Shown: positions 1-7,940 of the stretch, one piece after another
How positions within the stretch are numbered: position 1 is the first letter of the stretch
Layout of the letters: every line of letters begins with the position of its first letter
Assembly (NCBI GenBank): GCA_043739185.1
Contig: JAYUEN010000113.1
Location: 1 to 54,367 of the forward strand
Reading direction: 5' to 3'
Source of the DNA: Bdellovibrionales bacterium
Lineage (GTDB): Bacteria > Bdellovibrionota > Bdellovibrionia > Bdellovibrionales > JAMPXM01
DNA: 54,367 nt
The notes under the pieces: generated by a model
Seen by the model: only the letters and a program-made list of their open reading frames with translations
Database searches by the model: none
What the model was told of the DNA's origin: nothing
Program-made: the position numbers and the translations under genes

Positions 1-20
1 AAAAATGCCCGTATCACCCC

Positions 21-52
21 AAAAATACCCTAGGGAGAGAATCCCCCTAGGG
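21..52 (-). terminator. Intrinsic terminator of the flagellin-1 transcript
   Basis: Minus strand reads CCCTAGGGGGA-TTC-TCTCCCTAGGG followed by TATTTTT, about 125 nt after the flagellin stop. Confidence 0.75.
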
Positions 53-175
53 CGGGCTTAAGAGTAGAGTCTGTGGGCTACTACTCCAAATTCTAATAAA
101 AACTAAAATCAAAACTAATAAAAAAATTAAGTACGCTGACAAGCGGAGCGACGACTTGCTCACTCCACTTAAGTT

Positions 176-1000
176 TTATAACAACTTAAGTGCTGAGGCG
201 GGTGATTGATTCGCCTGCGCCATCACTGAAATCGCTGCCTGTTGCAAGATCGATGAAGAGGTCATTTCTGAACTCTCAAAGGCAACATCGGCATCCCTCA
301 ATCGAGAATTCGCAGCTGATAAGTTTTCAAATTGAATATCTAAGTTTGACGTAGTTGTATTCAATCGGCTTTGTACGGCACCAAAGTCCGCACGCATTTT
401 ACCAACTTTACCTAAAGCATCGTCAACCATTCCGAGCGCATCCCGAGCGTCTCCTTTAGACTCAACATTCAAACTGCTGATTCCAAGAGTGCTGTTAGTT
501 GCATCTGCATTTAAACTATATTTAATGACATTTTCTTCGCCAGCAAATGCTCCCACTTGGAACTCCAATTGCTCGCCTGAACCGTCGAGTAAAATTTTAT
601 TACCAAATCGAGTCGTTTTCGCAATCCGATCCGACTCTGCGGTGAGCTGCTTAACCTCTTGATTTAAGAAGCCCCGCTCAGTATCTCCGATATTATCTGA
701 AGCCGCTTGCACTCCAAGTTCGCGCAATCTGATCAAGATATTGCTGATCTCATTGAGACCGCCTTCACTCACTTGCACGAGTGAAATTGCGTTATTAGAG
801 TTGGATCTCGCTTGTGCAATACCACGAGTTTGACCTCGGATATTCTCTGAAATGGCGAGACCGGCGGCATCGTCGGATGCCGATACGATTCTACTACCTG
901 ATGACAATGCTGCGAGTGCATGTGCATTTCGCTTCTGCTGCACTCCTAAGTTTCTTTGCGCGTCGATCGCCGCAATATTCGTCGAAATTCTTAAGCCCAT
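176..1000 (-). CDS. fliC: Flagellin (274 aa, short type)
   Basis: MGLRISTN...LSSGSRI..A.DDAAGLAISE N-terminus and RADFGAVQSRL...SRLRDAD.A.E C-terminus. Start moved to ATG 1000 (GGGGG SD upstream), which gives the same length as the paralog. Confidence 0.97.
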   Translation of the reverse strand: MGLRISTNIAAIDAQRNLGVQQKRNAHALAALSSGSRIVSASDDAAGLAISENIRGQTRGIAQARSNSNNAISLVQVSEGGLNEISNILIRLRELGVQAASDNIGDTERGFLNQEVKQLTAESDRIAKTTRFGNKILLDGSGEQLEFQVGAFAGEENVIKYSLNADATNSTLGISSLNVESKGDARDALGMVDDALGKVGKMRADFGAVQSRLNTTTSNLDIQFENLSAANSRLRDADVAFESSEMTSSSILQQAAISVMAQANQSPASALKLL

Positions 1001-1299
1001 AAAGCCCCCTACATGAAATTCGAATCCATTCTTGCCCACAACGCACACGCATTTGTTCCCTATGAACAAGGCGCACACTTCATCCATGCATAAAGTTTTC
1101 TAAAACTTTTAAAAAATTAAAATTTTAAAACTTCACTAACATTTATTTGGCACTCGATATTGAGTGCTGGGCTGGAGACAAGCTCTCTCCCTTAAGCAGT
1201 GACTGCTACTTAAGAGAGGGAACCATCTTTTGAAGAGGGGTATTTTCAGTGACTGCTGAAATACTTTCTTCGGAGACTGTCCAACCGTGTTCATACAAC

Positions 1300-1326
1300 T
1301 GATCGGACCTAGGTCTAGAAACTTTA
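1300..1326 (-). promoter_or_regulatory. Sigma-28 (FliA) promoter of flagellin 1
   Basis: TAAA-N15-TCCGATCA on the minus strand, matching TAAA-N15-GCCGATAA with exact spacing. Confidence 0.8.
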
Positions 1327-1428
1327 GTCTTTAGTCTAGTCTAGTTTTTGGCGTAGCGCGTCTTCTCGCTAGTATTACTAGAAAATGGCAAATAAAAAAT
1401 ATTTTATTTTTCTGGATAAAGGTCTAGT

Positions 1429-1848
1429 TTAACGCGCCGAATTATGAAATGTCAGCAGGCACCTTTGGGTAACGCTACCCAGAATCGCTGCAGCACCAAT
1501 GCTTTCAGCATCAATACTTATGAAGTCGACGAGTTCGGTGGTTTCTGCTCCTGATTTTTGAATGACAAAATGATTTGCCGAATTGGCTTGAGCAATTGGA
1601 ATGTCATTCGCCTTGGCAAGATCAATCAATTTTTGGTTTTGATTGAGGTCCGCTTTATTAATCTGCTCGAAAGAAATTCCGGGAAAGTTGGATTCAACCT
1701 TACTTTCTTTTCTTGTCACTGAAATGGAGTTATTTGATGAGTCGAAGTTGGCTATAAATTCTAAGCTACTTGAAATTTTGCAATCAACGCTAACAACTGA
1801 AAATGCTTGTGAACTAATAAGCAAAGTAGCAAATAAAAAAGTTTTCAC
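1429..1848 (-). CDS. Hypothetical secreted protein
   Basis: 139-aa ORF with Sec-type signal peptide MKTFLFATLLISSQAFS and an AGAGG SD. Confidence 0.7.
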   Translation of the reverse strand: MKTFLFATLLISSQAFSVVSVDCKISSSLEFIANFDSSNNSISVTRKESKVESNFPGISFEQINKADLNQNQKLIDLAKANDIPIAQANSANHFVIQKSGAETTELVDFISIDAESIGAAAILGSVTQRCLLTFHNSAR

Positions 1849-1970
1849 GAAAAGCCTCTCTTTGTCTGCGCAGCCATTGCGTGACCCAAGAATAGGTTCT
1901 TCTTATTTCATATTCAAGAATTAAAATCTGGCAAATAATTCACAGAATAATTTCCGCATTTTTAAAGACA

Positions 1971-2795
1971 TTACAGTAGTTTCAAGGACTTTTGAGGTTC
2001 TTGGTTCGCCTGTGCCAAAACAGCAACGCCGAACTCTTTTAAAATTTGCCCGCGTGCAAGTTCTGAAGTTTCAAATGCCACATCTGTATCCACAATTCTC
2101 CCTCGAGCCGCAGAAATATTTTCGTATTGTTGATCTAAATTATTTCCTGCAATTTCAAGTCTACTTTGAATAGCGCCGAAGCCCGCCCTGGTTTTTGAAA
2201 TTTTAGCTATGGCACTATCAATATCTGCCAAATTGCTTTTGGCATCGCCTTTATCCGCAATCGTAAGTCCCGAAACGCCAAGAGAAGAGCCGGTTGTATC
2301 GGCGTCCATTTTATAGCGAATCACATCTTGCTGACCATTTTGCGTTCCCAGGTGAAATTCATATTCTGTACTATCACCTTGCAAGAGTTGTTTGCGACCA
2401 AAGGTAGTGGTCTTTGCAATACGATCTACCTCGCTTGTAAGCCCGGTGAATTCTGTATTGAGATACTCTCTCTCGTCATCACCCACAGTATCGCTAGCCG
2501 CCTGAATTGCGAGTTCACGCAGTCTAATCAAAATATTATTTTGTTCGTTGAGCCCGCCCTCAGCAACTTGGATCAATCCCTTTGCGCCTTCGGCATTATT
2601 TTTTGCTTGTTTTAAGCTAGAGGCTTGTCCCCGAAGGACTTCGCTGATTGCAAAGCCCGCGGCATCGTCTCCGGCTGAGACAATTCTTGAGCCTGACGAA
2701 AGTGCCTCTAAGGCATGATCCGTCGCTTTTTGCGCCTTCCCCAACTGCCGTTGGGCAGCTATGGATGCGACATTCGTTCCGATTCGTAAACCCAT
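1971..2795 (-). CDS. fliC: Flagellin (274 aa, paralog 2)
   Basis: Conserved flagellin N- and C-terminal helical motifs and a GAGAGGT SD. Confidence 0.97.
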   Translation of the reverse strand: MGLRIGTNVASIAAQRQLGKAQKATDHALEALSSGSRIVSAGDDAAGFAISEVLRGQASSLKQAKNNAEGAKGLIQVAEGGLNEQNNILIRLRELAIQAASDTVGDDEREYLNTEFTGLTSEVDRIAKTTTFGRKQLLQGDSTEYEFHLGTQNGQQDVIRYKMDADTTGSSLGVSGLTIADKGDAKSNLADIDSAIAKISKTRAGFGAIQSRLEIAGNNLDQQYENISAARGRIVDTDVAFETSELARGQILKEFGVAVLAQANQEPQKSLKLL

Positions 2796-2944
2796 TGGAC
2801 ACCTCTCTTCTGAAAGAATGAGAAGTAGCCCACAGACGATTGTTTTTTAAATTCACACGCGCATACGCACGCATCTATTTATGTCTCAATTACATGAGCC
2901 CTATTCCAGGCAATTGAGAAGAAAGATTTCAGCAGTCTTGGATT

Positions 2945-2971
2945 TTATCGGACGCGATGCGTCTTAACTTA
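2945..2971 (-). promoter_or_regulatory. Sigma-28 promoter of flagellin 2
   Basis: TAAG-N15-TCCGATAA on the minus strand. Confidence 0.8.
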
Positions 2972-2991
2972 AATAAATATTTTGCAGAGCG

Positions 2992-3687
2992 TTAAACCTC
3001 TACAATTAAAAGACTTTCCCGATGTACCTGAAGGGATAGTGCAAGCATTGTCTGCATTTGCTCACTCGCCAATACAAACTCTATTCCCCATCTTTCACCA
3101 CCTGAGTAGGGGCCAATATGACGAACAATTCCGTTCAGATCCGAAACTGCTCTCACCGGATGATGAATTCGACATTTGACGTGTTGATTGAGCTTCCCTT
3201 TTCCCTGCAATGAAGTTGGTACGACCGCCGAAATTCCTCCGGCACTAATGTCGGTTACCATGAGCTCTGAGGGGGTACTCCCTTCACCAACGCCTTCAAT
3301 TAGGAGTTTCAACGTATTCAACTTCAATGTATTGACCCGAAAATTTCGGCGCCGCTGAAGCCGTCTGAGCTCGGTATTGAGAGTAAAAATCACATCGTCA
3401 CCAATGGTATAATCCACAGGTCCTCGCATCGCATACTGCCCAGAGGCGATTGAAAAAATCATATAAACAATTTCATCTTTTTTGATTTTGCGAGTTTGCT
3501 CAACCGGGGTCATATACAAAGCTTGTTTTTCAAGCCGAATAAAACGAAAGGTAAAAGTGAGATCATCGTCGGTAACCAACATCAAAGAAGAAGGAGCCTT
3601 TACCAGGTCTTTGAATGCCGCCAAACGATCATTATCATTTTTTAATACTTCAAATACTTCAAATAGCTTTTTAGCCTCTATACTCAT
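2992..3687 (-). CDS. PilZ-domain (YcgR-like) c-di-GMP-binding protein
   Basis: QRRRNFRV (RxxxR) and DISAGG (DxSxxG) motifs, plus a C-terminal GIEF. Confidence 0.9.
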   Translation of the reverse strand: MSIEAKKLFEVFEVLKNDNDRLAAFKDLVKAPSSLMLVTDDDLTFTFRFIRLEKQALYMTPVEQTRKIKKDEIVYMIFSIASGQYAMRGPVDYTIGDDVIFTLNTELRRLQRRRNFRVNTLKLNTLKLLIEGVGEGSTPSELMVTDISAGGISAVVPTSLQGKGKLNQHVKCRIHHPVRAVSDLNGIVRHIGPYSGGERWGIEFVLASEQMQTMLALSLQVHRESLLIVEV

Positions 3688-3729
3688 GCAAATATTTTGA
3701 CTTATTTTTTGATAATTACCAAGTCGGGC

Positions 3730-4143
3730 TTACAAAAATTTATTGATGCAAGTCCCAATGACGACACTATTATAATCCGCAACCCAAGCATAAGTTTCAA
3801 GCGCTCGCCGCAAGTGTTCTTGTGGTGCCGGAGAGAGAATGTGCTCTTTCAATTTAAGATCTTTTACCTGGACCCCCGTTTGAGTTTCCTGCGGAACTGC
3901 CGTTGGTTTGGCTTTACGTTCGCGCTTAATATAATCAGCTAAACGCAAAATCCCTTTTTTCGTTTCATCACTTTGTGTATTGAAATCCTCTGGTGGAGGG
4001 GATTGGACTTCTAATATTTGCGCTACCTTGGGTGGCTCAAGTTTTTCTGATTCACGTTTTACTTTAGACGCAGGTGGAACCATAAATGTCGCAATTTGTG
4101 ACAGTTGTGATTCTGAAAATAGTCCTGCATTTTGGTCGCTCAA
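3730..4143 (-). CDS. Hypothetical protein
   Basis: 137-aa ORF with a GAGGGA SD, downstream of a sigma-28 motif and upstream of the PilZ gene. Confidence 0.6.
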   Translation of the reverse strand: MSDQNAGLFSESQLSQIATFMVPPASKVKRESEKLEPPKVAQILEVQSPPPEDFNTQSDETKKGILRLADYIKRERKAKPTAVPQETQTGVQVKDLKLKEHILSPAPQEHLRRALETYAWVADYNSVVIGTCINKFL

Positions 4144-4195
4144 CTGAACATCCCTCTGATTTCTCGTTAGAAGAAATTTGGAGCTCGACTATCTC

Positions 4196-4222
4196 CTATC
4201 GGAAGGTCCAGATTAAATATTA
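4196..4222 (-). promoter_or_regulatory. Probable sigma-28 promoter for the hypothetical + PilZ genes
   Basis: TAAT-N15-TCCGATAG on the minus strand. Confidence 0.6.
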
Positions 4223-4278
4223 ATACGATGCGTTAGCGCAATGAACTTATTATGTTTTGTAGATCTTTGTGGTCGCTA

Positions 4279-4314
4279 CGGGCGGTGCCCCTATGGCCCT
4301 TGCGGGCGGTGCCC
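4279..4314. repeat. 12-bp GC-rich direct repeat (CGGGCGGTGCCC x2)
   Basis: Exact copies at 4279-4290 and 4303-4314, just after the meaB stop. Confidence 0.7.
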
Positions 4315-4317
4315 ATT

Positions 4318-5220
4318 TCAAAATGGATCATGTGAAAGTACTTTTGCCAAATCTTCAAAGTTTGCAATCTGATCTGAAATGAGATGAATCTTTTTCTCCA
4401 TTTGATTTCGGAGCAAGGCACGAGCTTCGGCGCGTATTCGCTTAAGACTCATACGCGCTTTTTGCCAATCAGCTTTGGCTCTTTGGCTTTCAAGCAGCTG
4501 AAAAAATTCTTTTACTCCTTGAGCTTGCGTTGCGATCATCGAAATAATTTGGGATTGCATGGCATGAGGCCGTGGATCTAAGTGCAAAGATTGCTCGAGT
4601 TCATTTCTGAAACTTTCAGCACCGGGACGATCAAATTTATTTACAATGAAAAGCTCGGCAATTTCTAATAGGCCGGCCTTCATAGCCTGAATTGAATCTC
4701 CTGATTCCGGAACCAAAACAACACTTACAAAATCGGCAACATTCATAATCTCTAATTCGGTCTGCCCAACGCCAACCGTTTCGATTAAAACGAAATCAAA
4801 TCCTGCCAAGTCAAATGCTCTTACCATTAGGTAAGCCGAGGCACTGAGCCCCCCAAGACTTCCTCGAGAGCCGAGCGATCTAATAAATACTTTGGGGTCT
4901 GAAAAGTGTTCGGTATAGCGAATGCGATCACCTAAGACCGCGCCTTTAGAAAATGGGCTTGAGGGGTCGACCGCGATGATTCCAACTGAGAGATTTTGAC
5001 TGCGAATTTCAGATATCAATTTTGAAATGAGGGTCGATTTTCCGGCTCCGGGAGGGCCCGTAATACCTACCCGAAAAGAGAGTTTTTTCGCCTTATTCAA
5101 ATCAGGATGTAGGGAGAGTTCTTTTGGGCCTTCGCGTTCAAGTACGCTGAGCAGTTTTGCGAGGGCGGTAAAATCCTGTTGCTTGACTCGCTCAATTAGC
5201 TGCTGTGTTTGGTCACTCAT
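4318..5220 (-). CDS. meaB: Methylmalonyl-CoA mutase-associated GTPase MeaB/ArgK
   Basis: GITGPPGAGKST P-loop, AVDPSSPFSKGAVLGDRIR, IETVGVGQ and NKFD motifs. Confidence 0.95.
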   Translation of the reverse strand: MSDQTQQLIERVKQQDFTALAKLLSVLEREGPKELSLHPDLNKAKKLSFRVGITGPPGAGKSTLISKLISEIRSQNLSVGIIAVDPSSPFSKGAVLGDRIRYTEHFSDPKVFIRSLGSRGSLGGLSASAYLMVRAFDLAGFDFVLIETVGVGQTELEIMNVADFVSVVLVPESGDSIQAMKAGLLEIAELFIVNKFDRPGAESFRNELEQSLHLDPRPHAMQSQIISMIATQAQGVKEFFQLLESQRAKADWQKARMSLKRIRAEARALLRNQMEKKIHLISDQIANFEDLAKVLSHDPF

Positions 5221-5392
5221 AAGTTAAGGGCAATTAAAGCTAACTCCTTAAAAAAACTCAAACTTTATTATCTCTGCTTTCAAGTGTTCAAAAGTAAGAC
5301 AGACGTAATCCCTAGGCCGAAAAGCGTCCCTTAGAGCACCCATTTTAAGTAAGTAAATTCAGCTGTTTAAGTGAGGCCAAAGTGGACCCCTT

Positions 5393-5407
5393 AGGCGCGA
5401 TTCCTGC
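5393..5407 (+). promoter_or_regulatory. Possible sigma-54 promoter
   Basis: AGGCGC-GATTC-CTGC has the correct GG-N10-GC spacing, about 28 nt upstream of ATG 5435. Confidence 0.45.
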
Positions 5408-5434
5408 GATACCAACAGGTATGAGGGAGGCCTT

Positions 5435-6595
5435 ATGCAAAACACTAAAATACCAATAGCGCTTTTCATTCTTGGCTTGGGAGTCTTGTCTTATCAATTC
5501 ATTATGCATCCAACTGCGAAAGAACAAGCTTTCACAAAACATTTTTTAGTTGGTCGCGGCGATCTAGCTGAAGATGTTTCGAATTCAAATGATGAAGTGA
5601 AACCACATAAGCTTCCAAAATTAACTCATCCCGAAGTTGCAGGCTTGGCTCCGGCGACAAAGACTCCAAGTGAAATTCCGGTGGTCACGGCTCCTGCGCC
5701 GATCCCAGTACCAGTCGATATGGCAGCCCTTGCGAAAGCAACAGATGAAAAAGCCAAACCGGCCGACAAGAAAAAGAAGAAAAAGAAAAAAACAGTTTCA
5801 CCAAATCCCGATTCAAATGCCCAGAACCAGAATCAAATTCAAGCACCGGCCCCAACTTCAGATTTAAACGCAAATCAAGATGTCCCGCCAGCTCCGGTGC
5901 CAGCGCCGGCGCAAGCAAATACTGCCAATCCCGGTGGAGCCCTGGCCAATACCCCAGCCGCCAATACCAATGCGCTCGTAAAATATTATGAGAACATCTT
6001 ATTAAAAGAGCCAAGCACTTCTGAAACTCAAAAATTTGTTTCGGCCCACAAAGCGAAACAAATAACAGATGATGTTTACTTCACGGTTGCTGCTGCGATG
6101 ATGGCAGATTCTCGGCTCCAAATGAAAGATCTTGCGGTTTTTGTTTATAGCCAGGACTTACACATAAAAAGCTTTGTGGCTTTAGTCAATATTCTCGATA
6201 CAGACGCGAACAACGACATCGTTAAAACGGATAGTCTTAAATACCTCAATATGTATTCAGATGTAACCATTCAGGGTTCGGTAAATGTTTTAGCGCAAGC
6301 ATTGGCAATGCCAATTACGACACGAAGCTTGCATATTGAAGCACTTAAATTACTTGATACCGCGGCCAAACAATATGCCCAGCTTGAAATGTCACAACCA
6401 CTTCCTGCTCCAGGACAGGTCAGTACTTTTGCTTATAGTCCGGCCAACGCCCAGAAGCTTTTTATACCCTTCATAAATCTCTTAACTGCGCTCGTGCATA
6501 ACTCAACGGATGGCACCACCAAGAGTATTGCCAGCCAGGATTTGGGTGATTTACAAGGCTTGTTTGGCAGCCAAAGCGCAAGCATCAATCCTTAA
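5435..6595 (+). CDS. Hypothetical membrane-anchored protein with Pro/Ala/Lys-rich linker and helical C-terminal domain
   Basis: 386-aa ORF, GGGAGG SD, N-terminal hydrophobic helix, poly-Lys and PAP repeats. Confidence 0.8.
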   Translation: MQNTKIPIALFILGLGVLSYQFIMHPTAKEQAFTKHFLVGRGDLAEDVSNSNDEVKPHKLPKLTHPEVAGLAPATKTPSEIPVVTAPAPIPVPVDMAALAKATDEKAKPADKKKKKKKKTVSPNPDSNAQNQNQIQAPAPTSDLNANQDVPPAPVPAPAQANTANPGGALANTPAANTNALVKYYENILLKEPSTSETQKFVSAHKAKQITDDVYFTVAAAMMADSRLQMKDLAVFVYSQDLHIKSFVALVNILDTDANNDIVKTDSLKYLNMYSDVTIQGSVNVLAQALAMPITTRSLHIEALKLLDTAAKQYAQLEMSQPLPAPGQVSTFAYSPANAQKLFIPFINLLTALVHNSTDGTTKSIASQDLGDLQGLFGSQSASINP

Positions 6596-6601
6596 TTGAT
6601 C

Positions 6602-6632
6602 CTATAGTCCGTTACGGACTATAGAGATTTTT
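6602..6632 (+). terminator. Probable intrinsic terminator
   Basis: Inverted repeat CTATAGTCCGT-T-ACGGACTATAG followed by AGATTTTT, right after the stop at 6595. Confidence 0.6.
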
Positions 6633-6672
6633 AAATTGAAAAATCCCGAGGGACCATTAAGATAAGGGTCCA

Positions 6673-7407
6673 ATGAAAATCATAAGATATCTTATTCTCC
6701 TCTCTATTCTTTTGCCCTGTTTATCTCAGGCTGTGATCGACCTTCCTCTGAATTTAACCAAGTCAGATCGCGAAGAAAGCTTAAGAATTCTTGGCTTCGG
6801 AACTAGTTCTAAGATTCTCTCAGATCCCTTCCCTCTCGGCGGCTACTCTGGTTTTGAATTTGGAGTTTCTGTATCAAGTATTCCTACCAATCAAATTAAA
6901 ACTCTCGGCAGTAAATTGGCCACAGGCCAATCGGATATCTCTTATTCTTCATTTTCAATCGGCAAGGGCCTGTACAATAATATTGATGTGTTTTTCAATT
7001 TAACACCCTATGTGCAGTCCATTCAAATGAGTCAATTTGGAGGCCAGTTGCGTTGGTCCTTTTTTCAAGCTGAAAATTTGCCCTTGAGTTTTTCACTCCT
7101 CTTCAACGCCAACTCAAGCAATATTTCGAATCAACTTTCACTCAGAACCTATGGCGCCGACCTCATTGGCGGTTTAAATGTTGATCGTGTCGCGCTTTTT
7201 TCTGGCGCAGGCCTGGTCAGCAGCGCTGGAGATTTTCTTGGCGGCCCAAGAGGAATCACCGATACTGGCTATCAAGAAAGTGAGAGTGTGAGCGGCGTTC
7301 ATTTTCTATTCGGAGTCAATGTTCGCTTGGCCGATTTTTTCTTAAACCTTGAGGTCGATCATTATCGTGATACGGTTTTCAGCGGCAAATTAGGTCTGCG
7401 GCTTTAA
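6673..7407 (+). CDS. Hypothetical exported protein, probable outer-membrane beta-barrel
   Basis: Signal peptide, alternating Gly/aromatic beta-strand pattern, C-terminal GKLGLRL. Confidence 0.7.
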   Translation: MKIIRYLILLSILLPCLSQAVIDLPLNLTKSDREESLRILGFGTSSKILSDPFPLGGYSGFEFGVSVSSIPTNQIKTLGSKLATGQSDISYSSFSIGKGLYNNIDVFFNLTPYVQSIQMSQFGGQLRWSFFQAENLPLSFSLLFNANSSNISNQLSLRTYGADLIGGLNVDRVALFSGAGLVSSAGDFLGGPRGITDTGYQESESVSGVHFLFGVNVRLADFFLNLEVDHYRDTVFSGKLGLRL

Positions 7408-7427
7408 TGATTAAAACCAATTAGCTC

Positions 7428-7898
7428 TTAGAGCCGCTTTATTTTTTCAACAATCGCAGTGGTTGAGCGTCCCTCTACAAAACGCAAGGATTTCGTAACT
7501 CCACCATAGGATTTTACAAAGTCATAACCAATAATTTTCTCTTCAGGCCAGTCGCCGCCTTTTACCAAAATATCTGGTTTAACAACTTTGATAATCTCGA
7601 GCGGAGTTGGCTCTGCAAAAACGCTTACAAAGGAAACACATTCTAGGGCCGCCAAAATTTCAGACCGATCTTCTTGATTTTGGAGAGGTCGCTCTTCGCC
7701 TTTTAGCTTTCTCACACTTTCATCACTGTTTATGGCCAAAACGAGGTAATCACCAAGGCTGCGCGCTTCCTTCAAATAATGAATGTGACCAATATGAAGA
7801 ATATCAAAACAGCCATTTGTGAAAACAATTTTCTTGCCTGGCCGAACCGATGTGATGATCCGACTCAGCTCCTGCCAATTTTTGATAATTTTATTCAT
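7428..7898 (-). CDS. rfaE2: D-glycero-beta-D-manno-heptose 1-phosphate adenylyltransferase
   Basis: FTNGCFDILHIGH, NSDESVRKLKG..RP, VKGGDW and STT motifs. Confidence 0.95.
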   Translation of the reverse strand: MNKIIKNWQELSRIITSVRPGKKIVFTNGCFDILHIGHIHYLKEARSLGDYLVLAINSDESVRKLKGEERPLQNQEDRSEILAALECVSFVSVFAEPTPLEIIKVVKPDILVKGGDWPEEKIIGYDFVKSYGGVTKSLRFVEGRSTTAIVEKIKRL

Positions 7899-7940
7899 TT
7901 ATTACCAGGAGCATGAAATAGTTCGCTTTTTTTAGTAAAC

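Noticed and set aside
1001..1087. 29-aa N-terminal extension of flagellin 1 in the ORF track
   Set aside because: Flagellin homology and the paralog begin at MGLRI (ATG 1000); the extension is leader RNA containing CsrA-like sites.
1148..1165. TGGCAC as a sigma-54 promoter
   Set aside because: No GC at the -12 position and it faces away from any gene; better explained as a hairpin arm.
5768..5792. A-rich run as a slippage or phase-variation tract
   Set aside because: It is mixed AAG/AAA Lys codons with the frame intact on both sides.
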